NCBI RefSeq assembly: GCF_018977255.1
Contig: NW_024704766.1
Location: forward strand, 7,564,001-7,628,000
Direction: 5' to 3'
From: Callorhinchus milii
Taxonomy: Eukaryota
Length of the DNA stretch: 64,000 nucleotides
Part shown: piece after piece, positions 63,429 to 64,000 of the stretch
How the letters are laid out: every line of letters starts with the position of its first letter
How positions within the stretch are numbered: the first letter of the stretch is position 1
Translations under genes and position numbers: made by a program
The notes under the pieces: model-generated
The model's input: only the letters and a program-made list of their open reading frames with translations
What the model was told of the DNA's origin: nothing
The model's database searches: none

Positions 63429-64000
63429 CTGCAAAGCACACCAGAAAGCACACCAACTCTTACATCATTTCCCACATTCTTTTCAAAGCAAATTATAATA
63501 ATCCTTGCATTTGATACATCGCCTTATCACATCGCTGAGATGTCTCAAAGCTCTTTACAGAATACACTGTAAAGTGCAGTGACTGTGTATTTTGTTGGCG
63601 GAACACAGCAGCCAATTGCGCACAGCAGTGTCCTACAGTCATGGATTGTGTGACCAATTTATTTTGTTATGGAGGGTTTATTACCTCCCGAAAGCGATCC
63701 GTCAATTGACTAACAACCGGTTTCCTACTTACTACTCGATAAACAAGTGTGTGGAGCAATGAAACTTCCCTCGGGTTTCACCCTTAATCTAATGGAATTA
63801 GACCAATAATGAGAAAGTCACTGCACTTCACAGTGAATCCTGTGAAGCACTTTGGGACAGGAAAGGCTCTAATTAAATGGAAGGATTATTATGAGTGATT
63901 CTTTCAACCGGGTAACAACATGTGGTGATAACCTCAGTGCTAAACAATGGACACAGGCTGCAGTTTTCATGCTATTGGTGGAGTTCTGTAACTCAATGGT

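Overview
Vertebrate genomic DNA, most likely a cartilaginous fish; that call is an inference from repeat content (L2 and CR1 LINEs, a tRNA-SINE with an L2-like tail, a shark-type CR1 tail repeat, DeuSINEs). The window is repeat-rich and has six assembly gaps. Exons were reconstructed by hand from splice signals and phase. From low to high coordinate it holds: a minus-strand type I membrane protein with one Ig V domain and a YMTM tail motif (JAML/AMICA1-like); one or two unidentified plus-strand genes; BUD13 (minus, 11 coding exons); ZPR1 (minus, 14 coding exons, one U12-type minor intron); and an APOA4-like gene (minus) followed by a near-identical tandem copy whose last exon lies at the window end. 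The most interesting observations are: inverted 54-bp minisatellite arrays bracketing one Ig exon; the ~9.9-kb APOA4 duplication, with a 1-bp frameshift in copy 1 and an LTR-like element at the breakpoint; a 61-bp inverted repeat downstream of the ZPR1 stop; and a duplicated chimeric element (unique head plus L2 tail) inside BUD13. Most long ORFs in the supplied track are low-complexity repeat artefacts or decayed LINE fragments.
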